This document shows positions 62,516-64,000 of a DNA stretch of 64,000 nt, piece by piece. The notes below the pieces were generated by a model, which was not told where the DNA came from, made no database searches, and was given only the letters and a program-made list of their open reading frames with translations. Source of the stretch: a virus. The number at the start of each line of letters is the position of its first letter. Within the stretch, counting starts at the first letter, position 1. The translations under genes and the position numbers were made by a program. The stretch is taken from IMG/VR virus record IMGVR_UViG_3300021479_000013, positions 18,400 to 82,399 of that record; one strand, written 5' to 3'.

Positions 62516-63257
62516 CCTGACAAAATTCATTTACGTTGGGCAGGGACTAAAAAGAGACAGATCACATAGAATTGGTCAAGGCTCGTTCGGTAGAAGATTC
62601 AGAGATAAGTTTCCTGGCGTCGAACTCCCGCAGCCCGTTAGAGAGATCGTTGAAGTTGAAAATAGGCTCGAATTAAACGGGCTTGAAACTATTCACATGT
62701 TTCAATATCGCACCTGGCACGGATACGAAGGTGGTATGAACTACTCCCTTCCTGGCTCGATAGATTACGGAAATTTCTCAACCGCTCATAGAGAATCTCT
62801 TCGAGCGAGAATGAAGAAGCAGAGGAAAGACCCAATATTCGAAGCCAAACTTAAGGCTAGCTATAATGAGCCCAGTGTTCGGGCTAATAGGTCAAAAATA
62901 ACCAAGAAAAGGTTCCTAGATAACCCTGCTTACAAAGCCAAGTGGATAGCAGCTATAAGAGCAGGAGCAGAAAAACCTGAAAGTAAAAAAGCTGTCATCG
63001 ATGCTCTTCGAAGACGAAACGCTATTATGAATCACACCCCAGAACACTCAGAACGGGGTAAGGTAGCTATGTCAAAGCTACGAGAAAAGCCAGAATTTTT
63101 AAAGTGGGTAGAATCCCACGCTCCAAAACTTACGCATATTCGTTGGCACGAGAATCGCGGAATCACAAAACCAAGTTGTAGATTCTGCATACCGAGGAAG
63201 CATGAAGATTATCACAAAAGCAGTCCTAGACATGGAGACAATGCTGTGGGTCTCTGA
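62478..63257 (+). CDS. GIY-YIG-like homing endonuclease with basic helical repeats
   Basis: HLY...IYVGQG..R..H...LE.......GG.N; AT-rich; C-terminal H.RWH......C.FC. Confidence 0.7.
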   Translation: MIGHLYRYPHPNDLTKFIYVGQGLKRDRSHRIGQGSFGRRFRDKFPGVELPQPVREIVEVENRLELNGLETIHMFQYRTWHGYEGGMNYSLPGSIDYGNFSTAHRESLRARMKKQRKDPIFEAKLKASYNEPSVRANRSKITKKRFLDNPAYKAKWIAAIRAGAEKPESKKAVIDALRRRNAIMNHTPEHSERGKVAMSKLREKPEFLKWVESHAPKLTHIRWHENRGITKPSCRFCIPRKHEDYHKSSPRHGDNAVGL

Positions 63258-64000
63258 AGAGTCTTATGATTATCAGGGTCCGGTTGAGAAATGCTGCGGG
63301 CCTACTTCCCAAGAAAAACAGCTTCAAGGCCAGAGTCAAAGCTTCGCTACAATGCTGCAGGGAAACTACGGGACATTATTCGGACAGCAGCAAGGCGTCT
63401 TGAATTCTATCAACCGTTCTTTGTCTCCAATCCTCTCGGCTGGACCTAGCCAACAGGGATTCTCGGCCCCGGAACGCGCGGCCTTGAATACCCAGGCCAT
63501 CAACAACGCAGGCGCGGCTAGCAGGAACGCCCAGCAGGCGGCGGCTAACTTCGGTGCGGGGCAGGGTTCTGGTGGAAGTAGCGGAATCACCAGCGGCGTG
63601 CAGCAGCAGATTCAAGGCTCGATTGCGTCATCGTCGGCCAACCAGCTAGCAGGCGCGCAGAATCAAATCACACAAGCCGATTACGCGCAAGGCAATCAGA
63701 ATTATTGGAAAGCCTCGGAAGGTATGAGACAACTAGCCCAAGGCTATAGCCCCAACGAAGCGGCAAGCGGCACGATAGGCGAGAACCAGAACTCGTTCGG
63801 CCAAGCGAAGGACATCCAGGCACAGCAGCAACAAGAGGACCAAGCTATCGCGGGCGGCATCGCAGGCCTAGCTATGGATGTGGCTTTGCCTGGCATTGGC
63901 GGCGCTATTACGGGCGGCAGCATGGGCGGCGGATTTCTAGGCGGTCTACAAGGTGCCGCACAATCTATCTCAGGTACCACCCCCAAGAGCCAGGGATATT
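63202..64000 (+). CDS. Putative DNA ejection/internal virion protein (P22 gp7-like), truncated by the window edge
   Basis: Missing from the ORF track. MKIITKAVLDMETMLWVSEESYDYQGPVEKCCG leader followed by Gln/Gly/Ala-rich sequence, open to the window end; GAGG RBS. Confidence 0.7.
   Translation, partial: MKIITKAVLDMETMLWVSEESYDYQGPVEKCCGPTSQEKQLQGQSQSFATMLQGNYGTLFGQQQGVLNSINRSLSPILSAGPSQQGFSAPERAALNTQAINNAGAASRNAQQAAANFGAGQGSGGSSGITSGVQQQIQGSIASSSANQLAGAQNQITQADYAQGNQNYWKASEGMRQLAQGYSPNEAASGTIGENQNSFGQAKDIQAQQQQEDQAIAGGIAGLAMDVALPGIGGAITGGSMGGGFLGGLQGAAQSISGTTPKSQGY

Overview
The window is a large part of a tailed dsDNA phage genome with podovirus-like morphogenesis. No integrase is visible. 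One gene resembles acidobacterial peptidoglycan-binding proteins, weakly suggesting an Acidobacteria-like host. The left arm (about 1-25.5 kb, minus strand) encodes recombination and replication functions: a PD-(D/E)XK nuclease, UvrD, an ssDNA-annealing protein, a family A DNA polymerase split into two genes, prim-pol, a putative SSB and a DnaQ-like exonuclease. It also carries nucleotide-metabolism genes (HD hydrolase, dNMP kinase and an HD/kinase chimera), a lytic transglycosylase, and about 7 kb of small genes behind eight similar GTAC-box sigma70 promoters. A divergent control region (25.4-27.3 kb) holds two ribbon-helix-helix genes and several families of palindromes. The right arm (plus strand) has small genes, three tRNAs, about 1 kb of unexplained structured non-coding RNA, terminase, portal, scaffold, major capsid, decoration/fibre proteins, tail adaptor/nozzle proteins and the start of an ejection protein. 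Several free-standing endonuclease genes are scattered through both arms. Most notable: (1) the tRNA-associated structured RNA array, including a tRNA-Asn with a long variable arm; (2) the eight GTAC-N4-GTAC promoter cassettes; (3) three covarying RBS-occluding pseudoknots; (4) the split PolA; (5) the HD/kinase chimera. All calls come from manual motif reading; no database searches were run.
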